The notes under the pieces: generated by a model | What the model saw: the letters and a program-made list of their open reading frames with translations, nothing else | What the model was told of the DNA's origin: nothing | Databases searched by the model: none | Program-made: the position numbers and the translations under genes | Part shown: positions 53,058-63,521 of the stretch, piece by piece | How the letters are laid out: the number at the start of each line of letters is the position of its first letter | How positions within the stretch are numbered: position 1 is the stretch's first letter | NCBI GenBank assembly: GCA_965208615.1 | Contig: CBDBPB010000001.1 | Span: 385,429 to 449,428, forward strand | DNA: 64,000 nucleotides | Direction: 5' to 3' | DNA from: Spirochaetota bacterium | GTDB taxonomy: Bacteria; Spirochaetota; UBA6919; CBDBPB01

Positions 53058-55550
53058 ATGAATAGCTTAATTAAGCGACCATACCGATTCCTTCATATTG
53101 TAAAAGATAGAATTAGTCCCATAAAATTTACAGTTATTGATCGCTATCTCTTAACAGAGTTTATGAAAACAGCTATAGGATCAATGACCCTCTTTATAAC
53201 CATTTATTTGTTTTCTCTTTTCATAAACGACCTGCCATATTATATGGATAGAATAGATCAGGATAAAACCATAACTCTAGAGAAAATCCTAACCATGTAT
53301 ATGAATCATATCCCCCATAAAGCGTTATGGGTATCTCCTCTTGCATTCTTGTTCAGTACAATATATACCCTCGGAACCTTCTATAATAACAATGAGGCTG
53401 TGGCATACGTTGCCGCTGGAGTACATCTTAATAGAGTTACCTTTTTTATATCTTTTATAAGCCTTATTTACTCCATTTTACTTATTCCATTTACAGATTT
53501 AGTTGTTGTACCCAGTTTTGATAAAGCTGAAAAGCTATCTCTAGAAATGAGACATAGAGATGAGCTAAGTCCAACAACAAATATAGAAGTCTTTGGAACA
53601 AGTAATATATATTACTTGGTTAAAGAATATGATCCCGTAAAAAAAGTCATGAAATACCCTGTAATCGCCAAAGAAAGACACTATAAAAATGATGATGAAA
53701 AACTTAAACACAATTTGGATGCATACTTTGAAACAGACCTTCTAAAAAAGGATAATGATATACCTCTAATACACAAGCCTAAAGTAGAAAATAACAGCTA
53801 TATATTAGATACACTTAAACTATTTTTAAAAAAGAATGATGATATACCTCTAATACACAAGCCTAAAGTAGAAAATAACAGCTATATATTAGATACACTT
53901 AAACTATTTTTAAAAAAGAATGATGATATACCTCTAATACACAAGCCTAAAGTAGAAAATAACAGCTATATATTAGATACACTTAAGCTATTTTTAAAAA
54001 AGAATGATGATATACCTCTAATACAAAAATCCAATAATGAAAAAAAGAATGATGATGATAATGATGATAATAAAGATAAGAAAAACAATGAACCCAAATA
54101 TAATGAAATTACAGATGACTTTTACAAAGAAAAACCTAATGTCATAACTGAAAAAAATATTAATAGAACACCTAAAAAAGAGTTTCCCAAATATGAAGAA
54201 TATAAAATGCTTGATAACTTATTTGTAAAAAATAAAAAAACTAAACCGTCCTTTTTAAATCGTGAGACTAAATATATAAAAGATCCAAATATAACCAAAA
54301 ATAAACCTTCAAATAAGAAAAAACAGAATATAAAAAAAATTGAAATAAATACCCTAATAGATCAATCAATTAATAAGCAAAAAAAGGATAAATGGTTTAA
54401 AGATCAACCTAAAAATAAAGATCAACCTAAAAACAAGATTAAACTGCCTAAAAGTACTTTTAATAAAAAGGATTCTGCTTCTTTTGATAAAAAAGATCCT
54501 GCTAAAATAAAAAAAGATAAAACAACTAATAATAAAAAGGTTAAACCTAAATTAAAAAGTATATATAGTAAAAGAATACCAAAAGAAAAAAGAATACCAA
54601 AAGAAAAAAAGATAGACAATGAAACAGTAAACCTAACTAAAGATGATTACATAAGATTATTACAAGTACCTTCTGATAGAAATCGTATATACAAAAAAAA
54701 AGAAGTAAAAGAGAAAGATTATAAGCTAAAGCCTTTGGCAAGTAAGGAAAAAAAGGATGCTAATAAAGATGATAAAAAAACTTCACTTATTGATAAAATA
54801 AAATCTGTCAAGGATGATAAAGGATGGAGACCCCTTGAATCACCAGAGGAAAAGAGTCTTATGGAAATAAATAGATTCTCGCAGGAGAATATTATTAAAA
54901 ACCTATTTTTAGAAGAACAAGTACTAAAACAAACTCTTACTAAGGATGATTTTAGTATTCCTAAAAATAAATACTTACTTACTCCTTTTTCATCACACTT
55001 TATCTTTAGAATAGATGCTAAGAAAGCTGTTTGGGATAACAATATTAAAAAATGGAGACTATGGGAAGCAAAAAAAATATACTGGGAAAAGAATAACAAT
55101 AAGGCTAAGGTTAAAATGAAAAAACTAAAAGATAACTATATTTTATATGAAAGTAATGATAATCCTAAGCTTTTTACTATTGCCACTAAGGATATGGATA
55201 GAATGACCTTAAGTAAAGGGTTACAACTTATCTCAAATCTAAAACAAGCAAGAAAAAAATGGCAAGAAGTTGAAATTGATTTATATTCCAAAAAGTTAGC
55301 TTTTCAGATATCTACTTTTTTAATTGTATTGGTTGGTACGTCATTAGGTGCGTTTCACTCACGAAAGATGGTCTTTATAAACAGTCTTTTTATGGCCATT
55401 TTAGTCTTTTTAGCTTATTTTGTTATTTTTCAATTAGGGATTTCTATTGCAAAAGTAACTGGTATTTTTCCTAGCTTTATTGCCCCATGGATAGGAAATC
55501 TTGTATTCTTACTTTTTGCTATTTATCTACTTAAAAGAGTTAGGTCATAA
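53058..55550 (+). CDS. LptF/LptG-family LPS export permease with a very large periplasmic insertion
   Basis: IDRYL..EF, three TM segments, NNE..A..A.G, RIDAK.A.W....W.L, three C-terminal TM segments ending APWIGN. 830 aa versus the usual ~360. Confidence 0.85.
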   Translation: MNSLIKRPYRFLHIVKDRISPIKFTVIDRYLLTEFMKTAIGSMTLFITIYLFSLFINDLPYYMDRIDQDKTITLEKILTMYMNHIPHKALWVSPLAFLFSTIYTLGTFYNNNEAVAYVAAGVHLNRVTFFISFISLIYSILLIPFTDLVVVPSFDKAEKLSLEMRHRDELSPTTNIEVFGTSNIYYLVKEYDPVKKVMKYPVIAKERHYKNDDEKLKHNLDAYFETDLLKKDNDIPLIHKPKVENNSYILDTLKLFLKKNDDIPLIHKPKVENNSYILDTLKLFLKKNDDIPLIHKPKVENNSYILDTLKLFLKKNDDIPLIQKSNNEKKNDDDNDDNKDKKNNEPKYNEITDDFYKEKPNVITEKNINRTPKKEFPKYEEYKMLDNLFVKNKKTKPSFLNRETKYIKDPNITKNKPSNKKKQNIKKIEINTLIDQSINKQKKDKWFKDQPKNKDQPKNKIKLPKSTFNKKDSASFDKKDPAKIKKDKTTNNKKVKPKLKSIYSKRIPKEKRIPKEKKIDNETVNLTKDDYIRLLQVPSDRNRIYKKKEVKEKDYKLKPLASKEKKDANKDDKKTSLIDKIKSVKDDKGWRPLESPEEKSLMEINRFSQENIIKNLFLEEQVLKQTLTKDDFSIPKNKYLLTPFSSHFIFRIDAKKAVWDNNIKKWRLWEAKKIYWEKNNNKAKVKMKKLKDNYILYESNDNPKLFTIATKDMDRMTLSKGLQLISNLKQARKKWQEVEIDLYSKKLAFQISTFLIVLVGTSLGAFHSRKMVFINSLFMAILVFLAYFVIFQLGISIAKVTGIFPSFIAPWIGNLVFLLFAIYLLKRVRS
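53755..54025. repeat. In-frame 84-bp tandem repeat (~3.2 copies; 28-aa unit DDIPLIHKPKVENNSYILDTLKLFLKKN)
   Basis: TACCTCTAATAC recurs at 53761, 53845, 53929 and 54013. Confidence 0.96.
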
Positions 55551-55589
55551 CCAGATACCGTTATTTTACAAATACGAGATGTTAAATCT

Positions 55590-56291
55590 ATGATAGCTAC
55601 ATTTATTAGATTATTTTTTATAGTTATAATAAGCATTTTTTGGTCTAGTATTGCAGTTTTATTCTGGCCTATTAATTTACTACTACCAACATATCATTAT
55701 ATATCTAAGGCCTGGGCTTTTTGTCTGCTAAAAGTAAGCGGAGTCAGCGTTAAAATTAAGGGAAAAGAAAATATTGAACCTCATAAAAATTATGTTATTA
55801 TATCTAATCACGCAAGTCTTTTTGATATACCAATCCTTCTTTATGCAATAAGAAATGAAATAAAAATGATAGCCAAAAAAGAATTAGTTTATATTCCAAT
55901 ATTTGGATGGTCGCTACTAGCTGGGGGATATATCCTAATAAATAGAAATAATACAAAAAGTGCCTTAAAATCTATAAAAAAAGCTAGAGCTAAACTAAAT
56001 AAAAGAACTTCTATTCTTATCTTTCCAGAAGGAACTAGAAGTGAAAATGGATATATACAACCATTTAAAAAAGGTGCATTCTTATTAGCATTCCAAACAA
56101 AACTTGATCTACTGCCTATTAGCATTTCTGGATCTAATAAAGTTATGCCTAAAAATACTTTTAAGCTTAATCCTACTACTACCAATGTAGTTATTGATAA
56201 GCCTATTAATACAGATAAGTATAAATTAAAGAATAAAGATGAGCTTATTGAAAAAATAAAAAATATTATAGTTAATAATCAACTAAGTTGA
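55590..56291 (+). CDS. plsC: 1-acyl-sn-glycerol-3-phosphate acyltransferase
   Basis: NHASLFD, FPEGTRS, FKKGAF. Confidence 0.93.
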   Translation: MIATFIRLFFIVIISIFWSSIAVLFWPINLLLPTYHYISKAWAFCLLKVSGVSVKIKGKENIEPHKNYVIISNHASLFDIPILLYAIRNEIKMIAKKELVYIPIFGWSLLAGGYILINRNNTKSALKSIKKARAKLNKRTSILIFPEGTRSENGYIQPFKKGAFLLAFQTKLDLLPISISGSNKVMPKNTFKLNPTTTNVVIDKPINTDKYKLKNKDELIEKIKNIIVNNQLS

Positions 56292-56325
56292 TATAGCTTA
56301 ATTCAAACTGGTATCACAAAATTAA

Positions 56326-57006
56326 ATGAGACTTATTAAACTAATAATAATTATTGGCTTTTTTTTGTTTACCTTTCTTTATTCGTACGGAAGAGTGTCT
56401 AAGAAAGTTGAGGCTAGACTAAAACATTATATTGAAACCCTAATTTTTGATACAAACATCGCAAAAAGAAGACAAGCCGCATTACTCTTAGGACACTATT
56501 ATGATGAACGTAGTTTAATTGCTCTATTGGAGGGGATAAATGATGAAGATAAAAAAGTCAGAAAGAATGCCATACGATCTCTTGGACGATTACGTGATCC
56601 AAGAGCAGTTATTTACTTGATTAACCTCCTTGTTGATAGCGATAGTGATATTAGAATTATGTCAGTACGAAGTATTGGAATGATAAAAAATAAAAAGGCT
56701 GTTAAATATTTAATAAAATCTTTTAAAGTTGAAAATAACGACGTAAAACTTAATATCATTTGGACTCTAGGAAAAATAAAAGATCCAAGTTCATTATCAA
56801 TGTTAATAGATTCCTTATTCGATAAGGATAAAAATATAAGAGCTTATGCGGCTCAAGCACTAGGCAATATTAAGGATAAAAAAGCTATTAAGTCTCTTAT
56901 GAAGGTTTATAAAAAAGATGAAGAGCTTATTGTAAAACAAAATGCGGCATTAGCCTTAAAAGAACTTGATATTAAGGTTTTAGTTCCCAGTGAAAAAACT
57001 AAGTAA
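56326..57006 (+). CDS. Exported HEAT-repeat protein
   Basis: N-terminal hydrophobic segment; repeated L...L.D.D..VR..A...LG.I.D. Confidence 0.88.
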   Translation: MRLIKLIIIIGFFLFTFLYSYGRVSKKVEARLKHYIETLIFDTNIAKRRQAALLLGHYYDERSLIALLEGINDEDKKVRKNAIRSLGRLRDPRAVIYLINLLVDSDSDIRIMSVRSIGMIKNKKAVKYLIKSFKVENNDVKLNIIWTLGKIKDPSSLSMLIDSLFDKDKNIRAYAAQALGNIKDKKAIKSLMKVYKKDEELIVKQNAALALKELDIKVLVPSEKTK

Positions 57007-57008
57007 GC

Positions 57009-57569
57009 CTACTTTAACCATATAATAGTTGCTCCACTTCCTCCATGATTATTATGAGCCTCTTTAAAGAACTTTATATATCCCTTTCCATTAGTACTTA
57101 ACCACTTATAAACAGAAGTCTTTACCTTTGGACCATTTATACTATGATTACCCTTACCATGAATTACCTTAACAACTTTATCTCTCCTATTAAATGCCTC
57201 TATGATAAAGTGTTTTAAAGTATAAAGAGCCTGGACAACAGTTAAATTATGGAGGTCTATTGAAGTATCCACTCGTATAGAATAAAGGTTTTTTGGGGGA
57301 TACATCTTTATTTCTTTTTCTACACGGTAATCATCCTTATCAAAAACGGGATTCTTTAATAACCATTTTTCAAGGCTATCATTTTCCTCTATAAAAAACT
57401 TATAGGTCTTATTTGCTTGATTAAAATCCTTTTGGTCTATCTTTAACTTTTTTATTTGTTTATTAATTGCCATGTTAGAACAGTTATAGGTTTTATTAAT
57501 ATTATCCTTGTCAACTATTTCATTTTCTTTTAGCCAACGATCCAACCAATCACTATTTTTGTCTTTCAT
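57009..57569 (-). CDS. Smr/MutS2 C-terminal domain protein
   Basis: IDLH.LT, VIHGKG.HS, GGSGAT. Confidence 0.92.
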   Translation of the reverse strand: MKDKNSDWLDRWLKENEIVDKDNINKTYNCSNMAINKQIKKLKIDQKDFNQANKTYKFFIEENDSLEKWLLKNPVFDKDDYRVEKEIKMYPPKNLYSIRVDTSIDLHNLTVVQALYTLKHFIIEAFNRRDKVVKVIHGKGNHSINGPKVKTSVYKWLSTNGKGYIKFFKEAHNNHGGSGATIIWLK

Positions 57570-57694
57570 AGCCTATTCCTTTATACATTTTGTTATATTA
57601 GGCCTAATATATACAAATATAACAGCCTTTTAACTAATAATGTTTTATAAAGTAAATATAACTAGTAATTAAAGAATCCAAATAAAAAAACTAA

Positions 57695-59584
57695 CTATCT
57701 TTTATTGCTAATAGCTATAGAATCCCTATTCCCTGACTTGCTATACAACATAAACCCACTCTTATCCTTAGACTTAATATAATACATTGCTTTGTCAGCC
57801 TTTTTAATTAACTGATTAGAAGAAAGTGCATCATCGGGATAAATACTTATTCCAATACTTACTCCCACCGAAATTACAAGATCACCAACCATAATAGGTG
57901 TTTTTATAAGCTTTAATAGCTTATCAGCCAAAGTATAAACTACTTCAATACCTTTATACAGGGTTATAAGAATAATAAACTCATCACCTCCGATCCGTGA
58001 AATAGTATCCCCCTTTCTTGTAAAGTTCTTTAACCTCTTAGCCAATAAGCTAAGTACTTGATCTCCAACTCGATGACCATAACTATCATTAACATTCTTA
58101 AAGCCATTCAAATCTAAAAACATAACAGCTAATTTATTTTTAGTACGTTGAGCCTGAGCAATAGCCATATTTAACCTATCAAATAATAACTCTCGATTAG
58201 GAAGGCCTGTAAGAGCATCATGATAAGCCTTATGGATCATTATATCTTCATATTTTTTTTGCTCGGTAATATCACTAAAAATAACAACATATTGCATAGG
58301 ATTCTCTTCTTTATTCTTTATAGAACTAATACACACCCTTTTAGAATATATTTCACCACTCTTACGTCTGCTAATGATCTCACCTGTCCAATATCCATTA
58401 GTAAGTAAAAAATTGCATATCCTCTTAGCAAATTTATTATCATATAAATCTGTTTTTAGTAAATTATGAGTTTTATCAATGACTTCTTCGGGAGTATATC
58501 CAGTAATAGTGGTAAATGCAGGATTAACATACCTAATAATCCCTTTTTTGTCTATAATAGCAACTCCTTCATTAGTATTCTCAAATACCGAAGATACCAA
58601 CCGTAACTCTCTTTCATTTTTACTATTAACCAAAGCAAACTTATATGCCATAATAGTATTAGTACAAACATTTATATGTGGCTCTAAAAGCTTAATTACA
58701 TCTTGATCATAGCCCCCATTCCTGTTATAAAGAGCTATAACTCCTACTAGCTTGTCATCATAATAAATTGGTATGCCTAAAAATGAAGTAATCCATGAAC
58801 TATATTCTAATAAACATTCAAAGCTTGGATTATTACATATAATTGGCTTATCAGTCTCAAGAAAAAAACTAAGCAGGTTTAAATTAGAAAGTTCCAAGGT
58901 CTTTCCTGCATATTTATTATAAAAATCTTTGCTTTGCTTTGTCCAGGCTATGTCAGAAGTACTAAAAGTCTTTATATAGGGTTGTTTATTATCCTCATTA
59001 TAAAATACTTCTGCAATAAATCCATATTCACTGTTAGTCAAAATAAGAATTTTATTTAAAAGTTCATCAAAAAACTTTTTTGACTCCTCAGTAACAGTAT
59101 ACCTAGATTGACTCTCACTTATACTATTTAAAGGAAAATAACTTTTTTCTAATCCCTTTTGTGATAAGGAATCCTCAGTTAGTAGGTTATCATAAAATAA
59201 AGGCCTTTTATGACTGCATAACTTAATATACATTCTAATTTTAGCTTCTAAAACCTTTAGTTCTATAGGCTTATTTATATGATCTATTAAATCAATTTTA
59301 TAAAGTTTAACTGCCTCTTTTTCAGATAGATTATTAGTCAAAAATATTATTGGTGTATTAATATAGTTTCTTAAATACCTTGCTTGGCTTATCTCATTAT
59401 ATATATCAGAGGTTATATTCCACAATATAATATCACCAGTATTCTCGGTAATAAGATGATCCAAAAAGCCACTAAGGTATATATAGTTATATTTATTATT
59501 AATTTTTAATAGATTAATAAAATTATTATCTAATTCTTTGTCTCTATCAAAAACTACAACTTTATAACTTATTCTATTTAACAC
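57695..59584 (-). CDS. Diguanylate cyclase (degenerate REC-GAF-PAS-GGDEF)
   Basis: DALTGLPNR, DLNGFK.VND.YGH..GD, RIGGDEF; GAF and PAS upstream. Confidence 0.92.
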   Translation of the reverse strand: MLNRISYKVVVFDRDKELDNNFINLLKINNKYNYIYLSGFLDHLITENTGDIILWNITSDIYNEISQARYLRNYINTPIIFLTNNLSEKEAVKLYKIDLIDHINKPIELKVLEAKIRMYIKLCSHKRPLFYDNLLTEDSLSQKGLEKSYFPLNSISESQSRYTVTEESKKFFDELLNKILILTNSEYGFIAEVFYNEDNKQPYIKTFSTSDIAWTKQSKDFYNKYAGKTLELSNLNLLSFFLETDKPIICNNPSFECLLEYSSWITSFLGIPIYYDDKLVGVIALYNRNGGYDQDVIKLLEPHINVCTNTIMAYKFALVNSKNERELRLVSSVFENTNEGVAIIDKKGIIRYVNPAFTTITGYTPEEVIDKTHNLLKTDLYDNKFAKRICNFLLTNGYWTGEIISRRKSGEIYSKRVCISSIKNKEENPMQYVVIFSDITEQKKYEDIMIHKAYHDALTGLPNRELLFDRLNMAIAQAQRTKNKLAVMFLDLNGFKNVNDSYGHRVGDQVLSLLAKRLKNFTRKGDTISRIGGDEFIILITLYKGIEVVYTLADKLLKLIKTPIMVGDLVISVGVSIGISIYPDDALSSNQLIKKADKAMYYIKSKDKSGFMLYSKSGNRDSIAISNKR

Positions 59585-59893
59585 AAAAAATACCTTATAT
59601 AAATGTCCTTAAAAGCAGTATGCAACCTCATATCAATAAAGGGTTAGCACAAAGCTAGTTAAATAATTGAGGATAATTATATTTTAACACAATAAAAAAA
59701 ATAAACATTATTTTTATAGTCAAAAATATTATAATGTGTTTTGATAAAGTCTTCTAGATAGTTTATTAAAATTAACAATAATGAGAAATGAAATAATAAA
59801 AATATTAAGTATAATAATTTGTTGCAAAATAGTAAGATTGTCGTATTAATAGCGTATACCAAAAAGATAGGTGATTAAGAACGTTAAATAATA

Positions 59894-60397
59894 TTATGGA
59901 GAACTATCTTTTTTAGTATTAGGCTTTTTTTTATCTGTAGTAATACTCTTATTATTCTGTAGGTCTTTTATAGAGTTATCTATTTTTTTTGTATTCTTTT
60001 TCGACTTCTTTTTTAATTGTTCATCTAAGTTCGCCTTAGTCTTATCAGGCACTTGATCTTCTTTAGGAGTAACCTTTAAAGGCTTATCATTAGATGATTC
60101 CTTCTCTATTGAAATGTCCTTCTTATCAGTAGGAGGTAGACTATAATTCTTTTTCTTAAGATAAGCTAAAAAAAAACTACCAGCAATAAAAATGGTAATA
60201 AATATTGTAGTTAACCTACTTAAAAAATCACCCCGCCGTTCAGCACCAATAATTTGACCTCCTCCACCATCACCACCACCAAAGAGTCCGCCAGCACCAC
60301 CCTTACTGGACTGCATCAAAACTAATACGATTCCAAGTAGTGAAATAGTAACAAGGACAATTATTAAAATAACCTCTAAAATATCAAAAAGTAACAC
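59894..60397 (-). CDS. secG: Preprotein translocase subunit SecG with a long charged tail
   Basis: VLMQ..KG..GG.FGGG, FLSRLT; located after tpiA. Confidence 0.92.
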   Translation of the reverse strand: MLLFDILEVILIIVLVTISLLGIVLVLMQSSKGGAGGLFGGGDGGGGQIIGAERRGDFLSRLTTIFITIFIAGSFFLAYLKKKNYSLPPTDKKDISIEKESSNDKPLKVTPKEDQVPDKTKANLDEQLKKKSKKNTKKIDNSIKDLQNNKSITTDKKKPNTKKDSSP

Positions 60398-60518
60398 AAA
60401 ATACTCCTAAACAACCATCTATAAATTAAAGAATCTTTTTAATTCATTCACTATATCGAATGAGGAACTAAGACTAAGCTTTTTTAGCTAGTCTTAAAGT
60501 TATACAAATAAGCATATT

Positions 60519-61271
60519 TTAGTTAAATTTAATAATTTTACTAAAAGAGTCAACTTCTAAACAAGCCCCTCCAACTAATGCACCATCTATGTCTTCCATG
60601 CTCATAAGAGAGTTAATGTTGCCAGGCTTAACAGATCCCCCATACAGGATGATTAAATTATTTGAAACCTCTATATCATAAAGAGTTTCAATTAGCTTTC
60701 TAATAAAAAAATGCATGCCCTGTGCATCCTTTGGACTGGCAGTCTTACCGGTACCAATAGCCCAAACAGGCTCATAAGCAATAATAACGTTAGACATACT
60801 AGCCTTAGAAATTCCTTTTAATCCGTTTTCAGTTTGATTTTTAACAATAGTTTCAGCCATACCAGATTCACGATCTTCGATTAGCTCTCCAACGCATAAA
60901 ATAGCCTTTAATCCTAGCTCAATAGCCTTGTTAACCTTCTGATTAATAAAGCTATCAGTCTCTTTAAATATATGTCTACGCTCACTATGGCCTAAAATAA
61001 CGTATTCACAATTAACATCCACCAGCATCTCACCAGAAACCTCTCCAGTAAATGCTCCCTTAGACTCATAGTGCATATTTTGAGCTCCAATATGTATGTT
61101 ACTACCATCAACTACCTTAGCAACCTCAGATAGAGAAGTAAAAGGTGGACAAATTAAAATATTTCTGTTATTAATTCCCTGCATCTCCCTAACTAACCCC
61201 TTAGTATAATAGACAGCATCATTTACCGTCTTATGCATCTTAAAATTACCAGCAATTAATGGCTTTCGCAT
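60519..61271 (-). CDS. tpiA: Triosephosphate isomerase
   Basis: AGNFKM, GHSERR, AYEPVWAIGTG, YGGSV. Confidence 0.98.
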   Translation of the reverse strand: MRKPLIAGNFKMHKTVNDAVYYTKGLVREMQGINNRNILICPPFTSLSEVAKVVDGSNIHIGAQNMHYESKGAFTGEVSGEMLVDVNCEYVILGHSERRHIFKETDSFINQKVNKAIELGLKAILCVGELIEDRESGMAETIVKNQTENGLKGISKASMSNVIIAYEPVWAIGTGKTASPKDAQGMHFFIRKLIETLYDIEVSNNLIILYGGSVKPGNINSLMSMEDIDGALVGGACLEVDSFSKIIKFN

Positions 61272-61281
61272 TTTACCTCCA

Positions 61282-62463
61282 TTATTTATTTAATAATGAC
61301 TCAATTCCTGGTAGGCTTTTGCCTTCAATAAACTCAATAGAAGCACCACCACCAGTAGATATATGACTTATTTTATCAGCAATACCGCTCTTATTAATAG
61401 CGGATACTGAATCTCCGCCGCCAACAACAGTAATAGCATCAATATTAGCAATAGCTTTTGCTATAAAAAAAGTACCCTTAGAAAAGTTACTCATCTCAAA
61501 CACTCCAAGGGGACCATTCCATAAAACAGTTTTAGCATTTTTAATTTTGGATTTTATTAATTCAATAGTTTTAGGTCCTATATCCATTCCAATAAAGTCG
61601 TTGGGTATATCACCTTCAATAACCATTGAATTTGCCTCATTATCAAACTTATCAGCTATAACGTGGTCAGAGGGGATAACTAATGTAACTTTCTTATCAT
61701 TAGCTTTTTTGATAACTTCTTTCGCAGTATTTATAAAGTCATCCTCGACTAATGAGTTACCAATAGTATTTCCCATAGCCTTACAAAAGGTATAAGACAT
61801 TCCACCGCCAATTATTAGAACGTTAACCTTATCCAAAAGGCTGTTCAATACAGAGATCTTAGTGGATACCTTAGCTCCGCCAATAATGGCAACAAAGGGT
61901 CTTTTTGGATTAGATAAAGCATTACCTAAATATTCTAATTCTTTTTCAATAAGAAAGCCTGCAACAGAAGGTAAATACTTAGTTATACCCTCAGTAGAGG
62001 CATGAGCCCGATGAGCAGTACCAAAAGCATCATTGACGTATATATCAGCTAGACTAGATAGTTCCTTTGCAAAATTAGGATCATTTTTTTCTTCTTCTTT
62101 ATGAAATCGTAAATTCTCAAGTAAAATAACATCCCCGAAGTCAGCCTTAGATATAATATCCTTAACTTCTTTTCCTATACAGTCATTACTAGTAATCACA
62201 TTGATATTTAGTAGTCTAGACAGCTCTTTAGCAACAGGAGTTACTCTCATAGAGTCAAATACTTTACCTTTTGGTCTTCCTATATGGGTCATTAAAATAA
62301 GTTTTGCTTTTTTATCTAAAATATAGCGTATGGTAGGTAAGGTAGCCAATATACGAGAATTATCATTTATATTTTGACTATCATCAAGAGGTACGTTAAA
62401 ATCCCCTCGCATGATTACGGTTTTATTTTTTAAGTCTATATCTCTAATGGTTTTTTTGTTCAT
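61282..62463 (-). CDS. pgk: Phosphoglycerate kinase
   Basis: DFNVPL, LLENLRF, NDAFGTAHRAH, STGGGA. Confidence 0.98.
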   Translation of the reverse strand: MNKKTIRDIDLKNKTVIMRGDFNVPLDDSQNINDNSRILATLPTIRYILDKKAKLILMTHIGRPKGKVFDSMRVTPVAKELSRLLNINVITSNDCIGKEVKDIISKADFGDVILLENLRFHKEEEKNDPNFAKELSSLADIYVNDAFGTAHRAHASTEGITKYLPSVAGFLIEKELEYLGNALSNPKRPFVAIIGGAKVSTKISVLNSLLDKVNVLIIGGGMSYTFCKAMGNTIGNSLVEDDFINTAKEVIKKANDKKVTLVIPSDHVIADKFDNEANSMVIEGDIPNDFIGMDIGPKTIELIKSKIKNAKTVLWNGPLGVFEMSNFSKGTFFIAKAIANIDAITVVGGGDSVSAINKSGIADKISHISTGGGASIEFIEGKSLPGIESLLNK

Positions 62464-62504
62464 TCTTCCTCCTTATTTTTTAAGAAAGAATAAAAATAGC
62501 TTTT

Positions 62505-63521
62505 TTAAGTCATAATACGGCTGATTAAGTCTACCACACGACATGAATATCCCCATTCATTATCATACCAAGACAACAGTTTTACAAATTTACCCTTTCC
62601 ATTAGAAGTCTCAATCAAAACAGTAGAAAGGGAGTCAAATATACTAGAATTAGGATTACCTTTAAAATCTGCACTGACTAATGGTTCATTAGAAAACTCT
62701 AATATACCGACTAGTTCATCATCAGCGGCTGACTTTATTGTACTATTTATATCATCTACAGATACCTCAGTATTTAGCTCAACACTAAGATCAACTAGGG
62801 ATACGTTAGGAGTAGGCACTCTAATAGCCATTCCAGTTAATTTACCTTTTATCTCTGGAATAACAAGTCCTACAGCTTTAGCCGCACCAGTAGATGTAGG
62901 AATCATAGATACAGCAGCAGCTCTACTTCTTCTTAGGTCTTTATGAGGCTGATCTAGTATCTTCTGATCGTTAGTGTAGGAGTGTATTGTAGTCATAATA
63001 CCATGTTTAACGCCAAAACTATCATTTAAAACTTTTACGATAGGAGCCAAGCAGTTTGTAGTACAGGATGCATTAGATATTATATGATGTTTTGAGCTAT
63101 TATAGGACTTATCATTAACACCCATTACGATTGTTATATCCTCATTTTTTGCTGGAGCACTTATAACTACTTTTTTAGCACCTCTTTCGATATGAGTTTT
63201 AGCTTTATTAGCATCAGTATATAGTCCAGTGGATTCAACAACAACATCAACGCCGAGGTCTTTCCATGGGAGTTCATGAATTTGTTTTTTTAGTACTTTT
63301 ATTTTGCTGCCGCAAACAGTTATACTATCGTCTTTTATAGTTATATCGCCGTCAAAATTACCTAAAACAGAATCGTATTTTAATAGGTGGCCAAGAGTTT
63401 TAGCATCAGTGATGTCATTAACCGCTAAAACTTCTATTTTAGCCTCAGGTTTTTTAAGTATTGCCCTTAGAACATTACGACCAATTCTACCAAAACCATT
63501 AATTCCTACTTTAATGCTCAT
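62505..63521 (-). CDS. gap: Glyceraldehyde-3-phosphate dehydrogenase
   Basis: GINGFGRIGR, ASCTTNCL, WYDNEWGY. Confidence 0.98.
   Translation of the reverse strand: MSIKVGINGFGRIGRNVLRAILKKPEAKIEVLAVNDITDAKTLGHLLKYDSVLGNFDGDITIKDDSITVCGSKIKVLKKQIHELPWKDLGVDVVVESTGLYTDANKAKTHIERGAKKVVISAPAKNEDITIVMGVNDKSYNSSKHHIISNASCTTNCLAPIVKVLNDSFGVKHGIMTTIHSYTNDQKILDQPHKDLRRSRAAAVSMIPTSTGAAKAVGLVIPEIKGKLTGMAIRVPTPNVSLVDLSVELNTEVSVDDINSTIKSAADDELVGILEFSNEPLVSADFKGNPNSSIFDSLSTVLIETSNGKGKFVKLLSWYDNEWGYSCRVVDLISRIMT

Noticed and set aside
53680-54990. Intein in the LptF/G gene
   Set aside because: No N-terminal Cys/Ser block, no His-Asn terminus and no endonuclease motifs; the insert is low-complexity.
59677-59862. 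61-aa hydrophobic ORF between secG and the diguanylate cyclase
   Set aside because: Low-complexity translation of very AT-rich intergenic DNA with a TTG start; no supporting motif.
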